The notes: generated by a model from the letters alone, not told the origin. DNA of 64,000 nt from Planktothrix sp. GU0601_MAG3 (GCA_035193785.1 CP136572.1:2964578-3028577), one strand, 5' to 3'. Positions 1 to 13,991 are shown, numbered from the stretch's first letter. Translations and numbers: made by a program.

Positions 1-1059
1 GTAATGGGGTGATGGTGGCCCGAGGTGATTTAGGGGTGGAACTTCCGGCGGAAGATGTGCCGATTTTACAAAAACGGTTAATTATCACCGCTAACCGTAT
101 GGGAATTCCGGTAATTACTGCCACTCAGATGTTAGATAGCATGGTGAATAATCCCCGACCCACCCGGGCGGAAATTTCCGACGTAGCCAATGCAATTTTG
201 GATGGTACGGATGCGGTGATGCTCTCCAATGAAACCGCCGTGGGTAACTATCCGGTGGAAGCAGTGGCGACCATGGCCCGGATTGCGGTGCGGATTGAAC
301 AGGAGGGGGCGACCCGCAATGTTTCCAAGGTGGAAGATACCGGACGTTTCTATTCCCAATGCTATTAGTCAGGCGGTGGCGCAAATTTCTCACCAGTTGA
401 ATGCGGCCGCGATTATGACTTTAACTAAAACTGGGTCTACGGCTCGGAATGTGTCCAAGTTCCGACCCCAAACCCCGATTTTAGCGATTACCCCCCACGT
501 TGAGGTGGCGCGACAGTTGAGTTTAGTTTGGGGGGTGAAGCCTTTATTGGTTTTAGATTTACCTTCGGCTGACCAAACCTTTCAAGCGGCGGTGAATGTG
601 GCGAGGGAAAAAAATCTGCTGGCCGATGGGGATTTAGTTGTGACCACGGCGGGAACTTTACAAGGGGTGGCTGGATCTACGGATTTGATTAAGGTGGAAG
701 TGGTGACGGCGGCCTTGGGTAAGGGTACGGCCGTGGGTCAAGGATGCGTTACCGGGCGGGCGCGGGTAGCCCGTAGCGCCGGAGAGTTGGCTGATTTTAA
801 TCCCGGGGAAATTTTGGTTACGGTTCAAACTAGCGCCGATTTTGTGGATGTGATGCGTAAGGCGGGGGGTGTGGTCACGGAAGCCGATAGTTTGACCAGT
901 CACGCGGCGGTGATTGCTTTGCGTTTGGGGGTGCCTGTAATTGTTGGGGTGAAGAATGCCACTCGCTTGATTCGAGATGGGGTGATTCTGACCTTAGATA
1001 TGGAGCGCGGGATTGTCTATTCGGGCGCCAGCAGTGGTTCGGGGAGTGAAAATATCTAA
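1..1059 (+). CDS. pyk: Pyruvate kinase with C-terminal PEP-utiliser swivel domain (5' part outside window; apparent +1 frameshift at 346-350)
   Basis: Motifs [30 protein letters not shown]. Removing one T from GTTTC at 346 joins ORF 9..368 to ORF 229..1059 ([13 protein letters not shown]). Confidence 0.95.
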
Positions 1060-1191
1060 AGGCATTTTCCTTCTCTATTGGATTAATTAACATTGGATTT
1101 TTTTCCTAAAAAATTAGCGATCGCCGGATGATAAAATCATTCGTTGATCGCTTTTTTTTACTCTTTCTGACCCGATGTTGAAAAATTATTC

Positions 1192-2376
1192 CTAACGGTC
1201 AACCGAACCCATAATAATATCGATACTCCCGAGAATTGCCACGAGGTCAGCGATTTTTTCTCCTCGCACTAATTCCGAAAGAATGGGTAAATTGCAGAAA
1301 TCTGCCGCCCGAATTTTGAACCGCCAGGGAAAGACATTATCATCCCCAATAATATAAATACCGAGTTCCCCTTTGCCACTTTCAATGCGGACATAATGTT
1401 CCCCTTTAGGAATTTTGAAACTGGGGGCGATTTTCTTCCCAATAAACTGATAATCAAAACCATTCCATTCGGATTTCGGCCCGCCCATCATCCGTTGGGC
1501 TTCTAAGTTTTCGTAGGGGCCACCCGGGAGAGCATCGAGGGCTTGATACAGGATTTTAAGGGATTCTCGCATTTCCCGAATCCGCACAAAATAACGGGCT
1601 AAACAGTCTCCGGCCGTTTCCCACTGCACATCCCAGTCTAACTCGTCGTAACATTCGTAGTGGTCAACTTTGCGTAAATCCCACTTCACCCCGGAGGCGC
1701 GTAACATGGGGCCGGATAATCCCCAGTTAATCGCCTGTTCCCGGGTAATAGTCCCTAAACCCTCAATCCGACGTCGGAAAATTGGGTTATTGCTAATTAA
1801 GCGTTCGTATTCGTCAATTTTCGGCCCGAAATAATCGCAAAAATCCCGACATTTCTGCACCCAACCATAGGGTAAATCGGCGGCGACTCCCCCAATCCGA
1901 AAATAGTTATTATTGACCATCCGGTATCCGGTGGCCGCTTCCCAGAGGTCATAAATCAATTCCCGTTCTCGGAAAATGTAGAAGAAGGGAGTTTGGGCGC
2001 CGACGTCGGCCAAGAATGGGCCAAGCCATAATAGGTGATTGGCGATGCGGTTTAACTCCAGCATAATCACCCGAATATATTGCGCCCGTTTGGGGACGGT
2101 GACTCCGGCCAATCGTTCCGGGCCATTCACCGTTACGGCTTCGTTGAACATTCCGGCGGCGTAGTCCCATCGGCTAACGTAGGGGACATACATGACAACG
2201 CTGCGACTTTCGGCGATTTTTTCCATACCGCGATGCAGATACCCAATCACGGGTTCACAGTCCACCACATCTTCCCCGTCCAGGGTGACAATTAACCGTA
2301 AGACCCCGTGCATGGAGGGATGGTGTGGCCCCATGTTCAAGACCATGGGTTCTGTGCGGGTTTCAATTCTACTCAT
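1192..2376 (-). CDS. ndhH: NAD(P)H-quinone oxidoreductase subunit H
   Basis: [18 protein letters not shown]...[12 protein letters not shown], 394 aa intact. Confidence 0.98.
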   Translation of the reverse strand: MSRIETRTEPMVLNMGPHHPSMHGVLRLIVTLDGEDVVDCEPVIGYLHRGMEKIAESRSVVMYVPYVSRWDYAAGMFNEAVTVNGPERLAGVTVPKRAQYIRVIMLELNRIANHLLWLGPFLADVGAQTPFFYIFRERELIYDLWEAATGYRMVNNNYFRIGGVAADLPYGWVQKCRDFCDYFGPKIDEYERLISNNPIFRRRIEGLGTITREQAINWGLSGPMLRASGVKWDLRKVDHYECYDELDWDVQWETAGDCLARYFVRIREMRESLKILYQALDALPGGPYENLEAQRMMGGPKSEWNGFDYQFIGKKIAPSFKIPKGEHYVRIESGKGELGIYIIGDDNVFPWRFKIRAADFCNLPILSELVRGEKIADLVAILGSIDIIMGSVDR

Positions 2377-2556
2377 ACTTTTATCGGTGTTCCCTAACGC
2401 GAATTTATGGCTTTTTGGGGATTTTTGTTCTAATTATAGGATATATGATTAGGTTGTTGGCGATCGCAACTTTATTGATTTCAATCTATTGAAAACAGTC
2501 TATGAACACACCACCAGTTAAAATTGTGGAAGTTATTAATAATACAAGGACGCACA

Positions 2557-3823
2557 ATGGTTGAGAAATTAATTATAGACAACTTTGCCGGAATTGAACA
2601 TTTAGAAATAGAGGTTAAGAAGATCAATATTATGATTGGCCCTCAAGCCAGTGGTAAGAGTGTCTGTGCAAAATTATTATTTTATTTTAAAGAGTTTGTC
2701 TCTGATTTGGTTACAGCAGTTGAAAACGACCAAGATCAGGGTGAGCTAGATTCCTTTTATTTAAAAAAATTTGCAAGATTTTTCCCTGAAGAATTTGGAG
2801 GATTAGATGGGTTTCAACTGAGATATGAAACCGATAATAGATTTATAGAAATATCAAAAAAAAATGATCAGTCTACATTAATTCTTGAGTATGCGGATAT
2901 TTACAAACATGAATTTTTAGAATTAAAAGAAATATATGAAAAATTGAAACAGGATACTTTTGAATTCAGTCAAACTCAATGGACTGTTTTTGATAGATCT
3001 AAAGCTCGGTTACAACTCCTCAACCATGTTCAATCTTTATGGGGTAAAGCATCAATTTTTGTGCAAATTTTTATTCCAGCAGGACGAGCATTTTTTTCAA
3101 ATATACAAAACCATATCTTTACTTTTCTGTCAAGCAATAATTCATTAGATCCTTTTATTGAAAAACTAGGGCTGACTTATGAAAGCATAAAAAATATTAC
3201 TCTTGGGCTTAATCATGATCTTGAAAAGACCGGAATATATCAAGAAATTAAAGAGTTAGTATATCAGGTATTACGGGGTAATTTTTTGGTGGAAAAAGGC
3301 AATGATTATTTAATAACATTAGATGGAAGAAAAATTAATATTGCCAATATATCATCAGGTCAACAAGAAGCATTACCGTTAGTTATTATATTATCTAAAC
3401 TTCCTTTTTTACCTTCTTTAATTCAGGGAAAAACAATATATATTGAAGAAACCGGAAGCCCATATTTTTCCGACAGCGCAAAAAAATATTGTTGAGTTAG
3501 TAGCTACTGTTTTTAATACTAATCCTGATGGTCTTCAATTTTTTATTACCACCCATAGCCCCTATATTTTAACCGCCACTAACAATTTACTGCAAGCGGG
3601 TTTAATTTATCAGGATGCTAATGATCAAGTGATCGAAAAACTTGAAAAAATTGTTCCTCGCCATAAAGTGTTATTAACAAAAGATGTAGCGGTTTACTCT
3701 TTAATGGATGGTTTCTGTAAATCCATTATCTCTGAAGAAACGGGATTAATTGATACTAATATTATTGACTCTGTTTCTGAAGAATTGGCTATGGAATTTG
3801 ATCAACTTCTTGACCTGATTTAA
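2557..3823 (+). CDS. AAA_15/AAA_21-type ABC-like ATPase (apparent frameshift at 3448-3452)
   Basis: Walker A GPQASGKS, signature SSGQQ, Walker B IEEPEAH (restored by removing one A), ITTHSPY. Confidence 0.85.
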
Positions 3824-3830
3824 GTGCGAT

Positions 3831-4265
3831 ATGAAAAAGCGTTTTCCAGAGTGCGAAACCATTTTGTCTGATAAACGAATAACTCGTAAAGAAAATCAGA
3901 GTCAAATTATTATTGAAAATCCGAATCAATTTAAAGTTTGTGTAGTTCAGGTCGATGGATGTACAATTAAAGAAGGTTTACGTTGTGATTATTTGGTTAT
4001 TCCTGATCAACAGGATATCAAAAAAATTATAGAAATTTATATTGAGCTTAAAGGGTCTGAAATTTTGCACGCCATTAAACAACTCGAAGCAACCATTCAA
4101 GAGCTTTCTGATCATCCAGCTAAACAAGAAAAGGTTTGTATTATTATATCAACTCGATGCCCTCTCACAACAACTGAAATTCAAAAGTTTAAGCTCAAGT
4201 TCAAAAAGACATATAATGCTAAACTAGAAGTCAAGAATATGACTTATACTTATTGTTTAAGCTAA
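3831..4265 (+). CDS. Hypothetical protein, putative PD-(D/E)XK-like nuclease partner of the ATPase
   Basis: VDGC...RCDYL...IELKG motif; starts 7 bp after the ATPase stop. Confidence 0.55.
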   Translation: MKKRFPECETILSDKRITRKENQSQIIIENPNQFKVCVVQVDGCTIKEGLRCDYLVIPDQQDIKKIIEIYIELKGSEILHAIKQLEATIQELSDHPAKQEKVCIIISTRCPLTTTEIQKFKLKFKKTYNAKLEVKNMTYTYCLS

Positions 4266-5204
4266 TATCATTAATTATAGGAATAATTACATTGTCTGAA
4301 ATCGAAGTAGTGGAAGAAAACAATCAAACCGCCTTTCTCCATATTCCCGTATTGAGTCGGGAATTAATTGCGGGGTTAGAAATTCGTGCGGGGGGGGAAT
4401 ATCTGGATGCAACCGTTGGCGGTGGCGGACATAGTTTGTTATTATTGCAAGCTGGGGAGAATATCCAGTTAACAGTAATTGATCAGGATAAAGAAGCGAT
4501 CGCCGCCGCCCGGGTTAAATTTGAACAAGCAGATCCTTCTATACTGGAAAGAGTACAGTTTTGGCAAGGAAATTTTACTCAATATAATCCAAAATCCAAA
4601 CAATTTGATGGAATTATAGCGGATTTAGGGGTGAGTTCCTATCAGTTTGATCAGCCAGAAAGGGGGTTCAGTTTTCGCCATACTGCCCCCTTAGATATGC
4701 GAATGAATCAACAACAATCCTTAACGGCGGCGGAGATTATTAACCATTGGGATGAGAAGCAATTAGCGGATATTTTTTATCAGTATGGGGAAGAAAGATT
4801 ATCCCGACGTATTGCTAAACGAATTGTAGAAAAACGGCCGTTTCAAACCACAACGGATTTAGCCTATGCGATCGGCGGTTGTGTTCCTGCTAGTTATCGT
4901 CACGGACGAATTCATCCGGCTACCCGTGTTTTTCAAGCATTAAGAATTGCTGTAAATCAAGAGTTAACTTGTTTGGAAAAATTTATAGATCAAGCCCAAT
5001 ATTGGTTAAAACCTGGAGGTAGAATTGGGGTAATTAGTTTTCATAGTTTAGAAGATAGAATTGTTAAACATCGGTTAAAAGAGTCTCCTATTTTACAGGT
5101 ATTAACCAAAAAACCGATTCAACCCCAACCCGATGAAACTGAATAATAATTACCGTTCTCGTTCAGCTAAATTAAGATTAGCAGAACGAAAGATAATAGA
5201 ATAA
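4253..5204 (+). CDS. rsmH: 16S rRNA m4C1402 methyltransferase RsmH/MraW (true start probably ~4292-4310; apparent frameshift at 5135-5139)
   Basis: [39 protein letters not shown]. Removing one A restores the C-terminus [15 protein letters not shown]. Confidence 0.95.
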
Positions 5205-5205
5205 C

Positions 5206-5233
5206 GTGGAGACGCGCCATGGCACGTCTCTAC
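5206..5233. repeat. REP-like palindrome GT(A/G)GAGACGCGCC(A/G)TGGCACGTCTCTAC; further copies at ~33193-33253 (tandem pair), 35711-35737, 39016-39045
   Basis: Near-identical imperfect palindromes seen at four intergenic sites. Confidence 0.85.
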
Positions 5234-5379
5234 AGCCCGAAATTCGCGTTCAGGGGATTATGACTTAAGTTAACACCAATGGGGAGGACTCCGCCCCTAC
5301 CTTTTTTGTGATTTGAAGTAATTTATGCAACTTGCTATAGTTGCTATAATACCAAAATTGAGTTGATAGTATATCTCCG

Positions 5380-6201
5380 ATGCTGATGAACATTCTCAAA
5401 AAATATTCTGTATTCATTCTGTTGGTGATTGCGATTTTGATCGCCCCCGTTTGGACAATGCTAACCTCTGCCCAAACTTCCAATACTCTGAAAACTCAGG
5501 TCATTGAATATCGCCAAGGAGATGCGGTTTTAGAAGGATATTTAGCCTATGATTCTTCAAAAATGGGCAAACGTCCAGGGGTGTTAGTTGTGCATGAATG
5601 GAAAGGTTTAGATGACTATGCAAAAAAACGCACGGAACAACTAGCTAGTATGGGTTATGTCGCTTTTGCTGCGGATATTTATGGGAAAGGAATTCGACCC
5701 CAAACCGCCGAGGAAGCTAAAACCCAGGCGACTCTTTACCGCAGTAACCGGGCGTTATTAAGGGAAAGGGTAAATGCCGCTTTAACAGAACTTCGTAAAC
5801 AACCTCAAACCGATCCTGAAAAGTTGGCAGCAATTGGCTATTGTTTTGGAGGAACAACGGTTTTAGAATTGGCTAGAAGTGGTGCAGATGTGGATGGGGT
5901 GGTGAGTTTTCATGGCGGTTTAGATAGTCCTAATCCCCAGGATGGAAAACAAATTAAAAGCAAAGTTTTAGTCTTACATGGGGCGGATGATCCGTTAGTT
6001 TCCCAAGAGGATATTAAGGCATTTGAGAAGGAATTGCGAGGGGGAAATGTCGATTGGCAAATGGTAAGTTATGGTAGAACAGTTCATAGTTTTACCAATC
6101 CGAAAGCGGGGAATGATTCCTCAAAAGGAGTAGCTTATAACGCCGATGCTGATCGTCGTTCTTTTGAAGCAATGAAAGCGTTTTTTCAGGAAATTTTTTA
6201 G
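5380..6201 (+). CDS. Dienelactone hydrolase family protein with N-terminal signal/TM segment
   Basis: GVLVVHEW, GYCFGG nucleophile motif, HGADD, HSFT. Confidence 0.9.
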   Translation: MLMNILKKYSVFILLVIAILIAPVWTMLTSAQTSNTLKTQVIEYRQGDAVLEGYLAYDSSKMGKRPGVLVVHEWKGLDDYAKKRTEQLASMGYVAFAADIYGKGIRPQTAEEAKTQATLYRSNRALLRERVNAALTELRKQPQTDPEKLAAIGYCFGGTTVLELARSGADVDGVVSFHGGLDSPNPQDGKQIKSKVLVLHGADDPLVSQEDIKAFEKELRGGNVDWQMVSYGRTVHSFTNPKAGNDSSKGVAYNADADRRSFEAMKAFFQEIF

Positions 6202-6275
6202 GGGATGAAAGTGTGATCGCTTTTTTGAAAAACCTGTCCTGAGCTCTGTCGAAGGGGGCGATCACCTTAATTCCA

Positions 6276-8424
6276 TTAATTAAAGTTAATTGGGACGGGG
6301 CGGGAAATTCCGTAACCCTGAGCATAATCGACTCCAATTTCGCGCAATTTTTCTAAGATCATTTCGTCTTCGACAAACTCAGCCACCGTTTCCAGATTCA
6401 TCGCATGGGCAATATGATTAAAACTTTCAACAATCGCTTGAGAAATTAAATTATGACTAATATTTTTAACAAAAACACCATCAATTTTTAGATAATCAAT
6501 GGGTAAATTCATTAAATAAGCAAAGGAACTTAACCCACTACCAAAATCATCTAAAGCAAAGTGACAGCCAATTTCTTTGAGTGCGCCCATGAAATATTTA
6601 GCTTGGTCAAAGTTTTTGATCGCCGCGGTTTCAGTAATTTCAAAACATAAGGTATGCGGGGGAATTTGGTAGCGAGGAAATTGTTCAATTAAAAACCTCA
6701 TAAACTGATTATTACAAATACTAGCACCAGAAAGATTAATCGTATATAAGCCTTTATTCAGAAGTTCTTGCCTACATAAATTGTGATAATTCGAGAAAAA
6801 AGTTTCGATTACCCAGCAATCGATCTCGGTGATCAAGCCATAACGCTCGGCGGCGGGAATAAACTCATTAGGCGAGACTAATTCGTCATGATCACCTAAC
6901 ATTCTGACCAAAATTTCATAATGCTCTACTAAGGGTTTAGAACTAATAGAGACAATCTTTTGATAGTAGAGACAAAAACGATTAGTTTCCAGCGCTCGGC
7001 TGATTTTTGCAATTAACTGTCTCTCCCCCCGCTGTTTAATTAGTTCGTGATCATCTTGACGATAAATATGAACGCAGTTGCGCCCGTTTGCCTTAGCCGC
7101 ATAACAAGCTGCATCGGCTGCTCCTAAAACCTCCATCAAATCTAGGCTGGTTTGGTCAATGGCAACCACTCCAATACTGACCCCGATGATAAAGGTTTTG
7201 CCACCCCAGATAAACCGAAACTGACGTACTAGGTCTTTGAGAGTTTCTGCAATATCCGCCGCTTTGGAGAGGGGACATTGAGTTAGCAAAAGACCAAATT
7301 CATCGCCGCCCAAACGGGCCAGGTGATCACTGGCGCGAAACCCCCTGTTGTAAAAGTGCCGTAATTTGACGCAGTAGCTCATCCCCGGCAAGATGACCGA
7401 CGGTATCGTTAACAACTTTAAACTGATCTAAATCTAAATAACAGAGAACGTGCTGCTGATTGCTATTGTGGGTAGAAGCGATCGCATCTATTAAGTGTCG
7501 CTCAAATCCTCGACGGTTAATTAGCCCCGTCAGGGCATCATGACTGGCTTCCCAAGAGAGTTGGCGGGTGAGATGCCGGGATTCGGTCACATCATGAAAG
7601 ACGATGACGGCGCCGATAACTTGCCCCTGATGATTGCAAATCGGGGCGGCTGAGTCCTCAATCGCATACTCCGTCCCATCCCGAGCAATCAGAATTGCAT
7701 GGTTAGCTATACCCATTATTGTCCCTTCTGACAGAGCTTTGATAATCGGATTATCTGCGGGTTTTCGGGTAACTTCATGAATAATTACTAAAACCTCAGA
7801 CAAAGGGATTCCTTTGGCCTGTTCTGCCTTCCAGCCCGTGAGTTTCTCGGCAACGGGATTAAAATATCTAATATTCCCTTGGGCATCGGTGGTAATCACC
7901 CCATCACCAATGGATCGTAAGGTCACCTGAGCTAATTCTTTTTCGGCAAAGAGGATATCTTTTAGGCGTTGATGTTCTTCTATCTCTTTGATCAGGTGCA
8001 AATTCTGTTCTTGTAGTCTTTTTTGCAGTCGTTGAATAGTTAGGTGAGTTTCGACCCGGGCTAATACTTCTTCGACTTGAAAGGGTTTAGAAATATAATC
8101 CACCCCACCGGCCGCTAGTCCTTGAACTTTATTAAAAGTTTCATTCAGGGCACTTAAAAAAATCACGGGAATATTTGCGGTGCGCTCATCGGATTTTAAT
8201 TTTCTGCACACTTCGTAGCCATCAAGGTCGGGTAATTTAATGTCGAGTAAAATTAATTCTGTCGATGGAGATTGGGCGGCTCTGATTGCCATGGCTCCGG
8301 TCGTGGCACTGCGAACTTTATACCCTTCTTCACTCAAGGTATCCCTAAGCAAACGCAGGTTATCTGGTAAATCATCAACGATTAAAATGTCCCCTTGATA
8401 GCTGGTGACCGGATCGCTAATCAT
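6276..8424 (-). CDS. REC-PAS-GGDEF-EAL diguanylate cyclase/phosphodiesterase (apparent frameshift at 7337-7341)
   Basis: N-terminal receiver (ILIVDD, LLDIKLP), PAS, RLGGDEF, EIL/DDFGSG EAL motifs; joined by removing one base. Confidence 0.92.
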
Positions 8425-8716
8425 ATTATATCTTTTGATTTTATAAAATTTAAGTACAGTATAGCAAGATTCTATCGAAGATAGAAAAAGTCTTAATGGG
8501 TTTTTCTCTATGACTATGGCAATTTTATTTGATAGGTGTTAAAGATTTCTGATTAGGTAAGTATTTATAATTACCTTCTACACAGCAATAAATTTGTTGT
8601 TTGGCTACTGAAAAATAGAGGGCGATCGCCCAACAACATGGTACTATTTGTTAGTGATGATTGAGCAGGGAATTTCAGATAGTTAGAATTTCCCAAATAT
8701 AGCAAGCAAATTTGTT

Positions 8717-11700
8717 ATGAAAAATCGGATTTCCCAAATCGCCGGACTGCTAGTTATTTTAATCGCGATCATTGTACTCCTCGGTTGGCAATTTAACTTA
8801 TCCCTGCTCAAAAGTGGTTTTCCGGGGATATCCGCAACCATGAAAGTGAATGCAGCACTGTGCTTTATATTTGCGGGAGTCTCTTTGATTCTGTCGTCGC
8901 ACCCACGAAACTACCCGACTACATTATCGAGTCTCTCAACTGTTAGCCGGAGCGATCATTATTATCGGTTTACTAACCCTGAGTGAGTATTTATTCGGCT
9001 GGGATTTCAAGATTAATCAGTTACTATTTCCAGATGTTGTGTCCTTAAAGACTCCCTACCCCGGACGCATGGGAGTCAATACGGCCTTAAATTTTGTCCT
9101 GATGGGAGTAGCCCTATTCCTACTGGGGCGCAACCGTCCCTGGAATATTGGGTTGGCTCAGATTTGTAGTAGTGTTGCGGCTTTAATTTCTTTGTTAGCG
9201 TTATTAGGACACCTATTCCATGTCGATATTTCTGAACAATTGATCATCCTGACAACAAGTCAAGCCATCAACTCAATCCTAGCCTTTTTCATCCTCCATA
9301 TCGGAATTTTGTGGCTCCGACCGCAGGAGGGATTTATGCAGGTCTTAACCAGTCCCCTAATGGGTGGTGTCATGCTGCGGCGGTTACTACCCTGGGCGAT
9401 TATCTTTCCCATCGCCCTAAACCTATTCACGTTTCAAAGCCAACAATTAGGCTGGTATAAAGCTGAATTTGGCTATGGTTTAAGGTCAATTATTCTAGTT
9501 TTTACCTTCTCAATTCTTCTCTGGATTACGGCTCGATTTCTGAACAAAATTCATAGCCAACGCCAACAAGTCGAAGCCGAACTTAAACAACTTAACGAAA
9601 CCTTAGAAAGTCTTGTAAATGAACGAACAGAATCTTTACAAAAATCCCGAGCTCGTTTTTCCGGAATTTTAGAAATTGCCGATGATGCGATTATTTCAGT
9701 GGATAGCAATCAAAATATTAGCCTATTTAATCAAGGGGCGGAAAAGATTTTTGGCTACAAACTCGAGGAAATTTTGGGGCAACCTTTGAATTTATTACTC
9801 CCAGAACAGTTTAGAAATAACCACAATCGGCATATCCAAAAATTTGCCCGGTCTTCGGGAAAAGCCAGAAAAATGGGAGAACGAGGTGAAATTTGGGGTT
9901 GCCGTCGGGATGGGACGCAGTTTTTGGCTGAAGCTTCAATTTCTCGGCTGGAACTAGGAGATGAAAAAATATTTACGGTGATTTTACGCGATATTAGCGA
10001 TCGCAAACAGATTGAGACCGCTTTACGCAATAGTGAAGAACAGTTTCGCCATGCGTTTCAAGATGCCTCAATTGGGATGGCAATTCTTTCGATGGATGGG
10101 CATTGGCTGCAAGTCAATGCTGCCCTGTGTCAAATTATTGGCTACTCTCCCGAGGAATTGCTAACACTCACATTTGAAGACATTACCTATCCTGAAGACT
10201 TGGAAGTGGATATTAACAATAGATATCAACTATTAGCAGGAACCATATCAACTTACCAACGGGAAAAACGTTATATCCATAAGCAAGGACATATTGTTTG
10301 GATTCTGCTGAATGGCTCCGTCGTCCAAGATGAGCAGGGAAATCCCCTACATATTATTGCTCAAATCCAAGATATTACGGCCCGAAAAGAAGCTCAAAAA
10401 ACCCTAGAACTGCAAAGTATTATTATGAATAATATGGCGGGGGGAGTCTGTTTAGTTAAAGCCTCGGATCTAATGATTGTTTACACCAATCCTAAATTTG
10501 ATGCGATGTTTGGCTATGCAGAGGGCGAACTTGTCGGTCAACCGGTGGGTGTGATCAATTATGTTGATACCCGGGTGACGCCCGATGCCACCGTTGAAGA
10601 TATCACCACCCAACTTGAACGGGACGGGGAAGCCAAATATGAGGTCTACAATCGGAAAAAAGATGGCACACTCTTTTGGTGCCGAGTTCACACCTCCAGG
10701 TTTGAGCATCCTGAGTATGGGACTGTATATGTTGCTGTTCAGCAGAATATCACAGAGTTAAGACTGGCGGAACAAGCCCTGCAAGCCACCACTAATCGCC
10801 TCAACTTTCTGCTCAACTACAGCCCCGTTGTGATTTTTAGCAGTAGACCCCATGGTGACTATGGTGCAACATTTGTTAGCGAAAATATCAAGGATTTATT
10901 GGGCTACGAACCCAAAGCGTTTTTAGAAGATTCTGAATTTTGGATGAATCATATACATCCAGATGATGCAGATCAAGTGCTTAATGGACTAGCAAATCTA
11001 TTCACCAATGGTTTTCATTTTCAAGAATTCCGTTTTCTGCACGAAGATGGGAATTATCGTTGGGTACTCGAACAAGTCAAACTGATTCGAGATCATGCTG
11101 AGAAACCAGTAGAAATTTTGGGATATTTAATTGATATTAGCGATCGCAAACAATCTGAATTAGAACTTCAACAGGCAAAAGAAGCAGCAGAAGCAGCCAA
11201 CCAATCTAAGAGTATTTTTCTTGCTAATATGAGTCACGAACTCCGCACCCCCCTCAACTCAATTTTAGGATTCACGCAATTAATGAGCTATGAAAGCGCT
11301 TTGACTCCTTCCGTTCAAGAACGTTTACAAATTGTCAATCGGAGTGGTAAACATTTGTTAGATTTGATTAACGATATTTTGGATTTATCCAAAATTGAAA
11401 GCGGGAGGATGACCCTAAATCTTTCTGACTTTGACTTAACAAATTTACTAACTTCTATTGAAGAAATGTTTCAAGTTAAAGTTCAATCTAAGGAATTACA
11501 GCTAATTTTTGACCTAGATCCCGATCTTCCCAAATTTGTGCATACCGATGAGAAAAAACTCTATCAAGTCCTCGTCAATCTACTAAGTAATGCGATTAAG
11601 TTTACGAAGCAAGGAATTGTCACCCTGCGGGTAAGATCCGAACAAAAAGAAACAAACTTCTGTCGTATAAGTTTTGCAGTCGAGGATACAGGCGTGGGAA

Positions 11701-12605
11701 TTGCATCAACAGAAATTGATAGCTTATTTAAGGTTTTTGTCCAGGCCCAAGCTGGGAATAATTTAAGTCAAGGTACGGGTCTTGGTTTAGCAATTAGTCA
11801 AAAACTCATCCAACTTATGGGCGGTCAAATTCAAGTTAAAAGCAGTTTGAACCGAGGGAGCACTTTTTTCTTTGATATTGGTGTACAGTTACCTCAAGCA
11901 AAGTTCTTACCCTCAGAATTAATTATTGATCAAAGAGTAATTGGTTTAGCTCCCGGACAACCAACTTACCGCATTCTTGTTGTCGAAGATTTAGAAGAAA
12001 ATCGCCGCTTGTTGGTCGAGATCCTAACCTCAATTGGTTTTCAGGTAAGGGAAGCAACCCATGGTTTGGAGGCAGTTTCGCTGTGGGAAAGTTGGTCACC
12101 ACAATTTATTTTTATGGATCTGCGAATGCCGATCATAGATGGATATACTGCGACAAAACGCATTAGAGAAAACCCTAAGAGCCAAGAAACTATAATTATT
12201 GCTTTAACTGCTAGTGTTTTTGAAGAAGATCGAGAGAAAGTTATTCTGACTGGCTGTAATGATTTTCTTCGCAAGCCCTTTCAGCAGAGAGAAATTTTTG
12301 ACGCACTCGCTAAATATTTGGGAGTGCAATATATTTATGCAGATGGAGGACAAGCCCCCAAAAAACCATTGGTTGAAAAGCTTTCTGTCGAAGATCTATC
12401 TATGATGTCTCCTCAGTGGTTAGAACAAATGTATCAAGCCGCTTACTATCTCGATACTGAAGTAATGAACGAATTAATCTCACAAATTCCCGAATCTAAA
12501 GCAGGTTTATCTAGGACACTAACTGATTATATCAATAACTTTAATTCTGACCGAATTATGGAGTTAATTCAACCGTTGTTAGGGGAGATAATAGGGAATA
12601 GGTAA
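8717..12605 (+). CDS. Membrane multi-PAS hybrid histidine kinase (TM region-4xPAS-HisKA-HATPase-REC; apparent frameshift at 8907-8911)
   Basis: FLANMSHELRTPL, NLLSNAIKFT, GTGLGLAI, receiver FMDLRMP; ORF 8717..8986 joins in frame after removing one A. Confidence 0.92.
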
Positions 12606-12740
12606 TTTATTTTTTTTTCTCGCCATTCATTCCCCATTTTCCTATTGATAAATTGTTCATGGGAGTCATACATTGAATCACTTTTGATTTCTCGATCTAT
12701 AATTAGAAGATTGTTCAGTATTCATTATTTCCCACTCGCC

Positions 12741-13991
12741 GTGACTACCACTCCCTTACCTTCCAACCCCCAACGCCCCGCCACACAACGCCCAGACCTG
12801 CTTGGACGCTTCGGACAATTTGGGGGAAAATATGTCCCAGAGACCCTCATGCCCGCCCTAGCTGAACTGGAAACAGCCTATAACCATTATCGTCAAGATC
12901 CCGAATTTCAAGCCGAACTACAAAGCCTGCTGAAAGACTATGTGGGAAGACCTAGCCCCCTATATTTCGCCGAACGCCTGACCCAATATTATGCTAGACC
13001 CGACGGCAGTGGCCCACAAATTTATCTCAAACGGGAAGACCTCAACCACACCGGAGCCCATAAAATTAATAACGCCCTCGCCCAAGCCCTATTAGCCAAA
13101 AAAATGGGCAAACAGCGAATTATTGCCGAAACCGGGGCGGGCCAACACGGGGTAGCCACGGCAACGGTTTGCGCCCGCTATGCCCTAGACTGCGTGATTT
13201 ATATGGGCATTCATGACATGGAACGTCAAGCCCTGAATGTTTTTAGAATGCGGTTGTTAGGGGCGGAAGTTCGCCCGGTGGTAGCGGGAACTGGAACCTT
13301 AAAAGATGCCACCTCTGAAGCTATCCGCGACTGGGTAACTAACGTTGAAACTACCCATTATATTCTGGGTTCCGTTGCTGGGCCACACCCCTACCCCATG
13401 ATTGTTCGGGATTTCCATAATGTGATTGGGGTGGAAACCCGCGCCCAATGTTCGGAGAAATGGGGGGGTTTACCAGATATTTTATTAGCCTGTGTTGGAG
13501 GTGGCTCTAACGCCATGGGGCTGTTTAATGAGTTTGTTGAGGAAACCTCAATTCGCCTAATTGGGGTTGAAGCCGCCGGGTCGGGGGTGGAAACGGGAAA
13601 ACACGCCGCCACCCTCACCCATGGCCGGGTGGGAGTCTTACACGGGGCGATGAGTTATCTTTTACAGGATGATGATGGTCAAGTGATGGAAGCCCATTCG
13701 ATTAGTGCCGGGTTAGATTATCCCGGGGTGGGGCCAGAACATAGTTATTTAAAGGATTTGGGTCGGGCGGAATATTACAGCGTCACTGACCAGCAAGCTT
13801 TGGATGCGTTTCAACGGTTATCCCGTTTAGAAGGAATTATTCCCGCCTTGGAAACAGCCCATGCGATCGCCTATTTAGAAACCCTTTGCCCGCAATTAGA
13901 AGGCAGTCCTCGGATTATTTTAAATTGTTCAGGACGGGGGGATAAGGATGTTCAAACGGTACAAAAATTCCTGAATCATCCTAATAGTTAG
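12741..13991 (+). CDS. trpB: Tryptophan synthase beta chain
   Basis: [40 protein letters not shown] start at 12741 preferred. Confidence 0.97.
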   Translation: MTTTPLPSNPQRPATQRPDLLGRFGQFGGKYVPETLMPALAELETAYNHYRQDPEFQAELQSLLKDYVGRPSPLYFAERLTQYYARPDGSGPQIYLKREDLNHTGAHKINNALAQALLAKKMGKQRIIAETGAGQHGVATATVCARYALDCVIYMGIHDMERQALNVFRMRLLGAEVRPVVAGTGTLKDATSEAIRDWVTNVETTHYILGSVAGPHPYPMIVRDFHNVIGVETRAQCSEKWGGLPDILLACVGGGSNAMGLFNEFVEETSIRLIGVEAAGSGVETGKHAATLTHGRVGVLHGAMSYLLQDDDGQVMEAHSISAGLDYPGVGPEHSYLKDLGRAEYYSVTDQQALDAFQRLSRLEGIIPALETAHAIAYLETLCPQLEGSPRIILNCSGRGDKDVQTVQKFLNHPNS

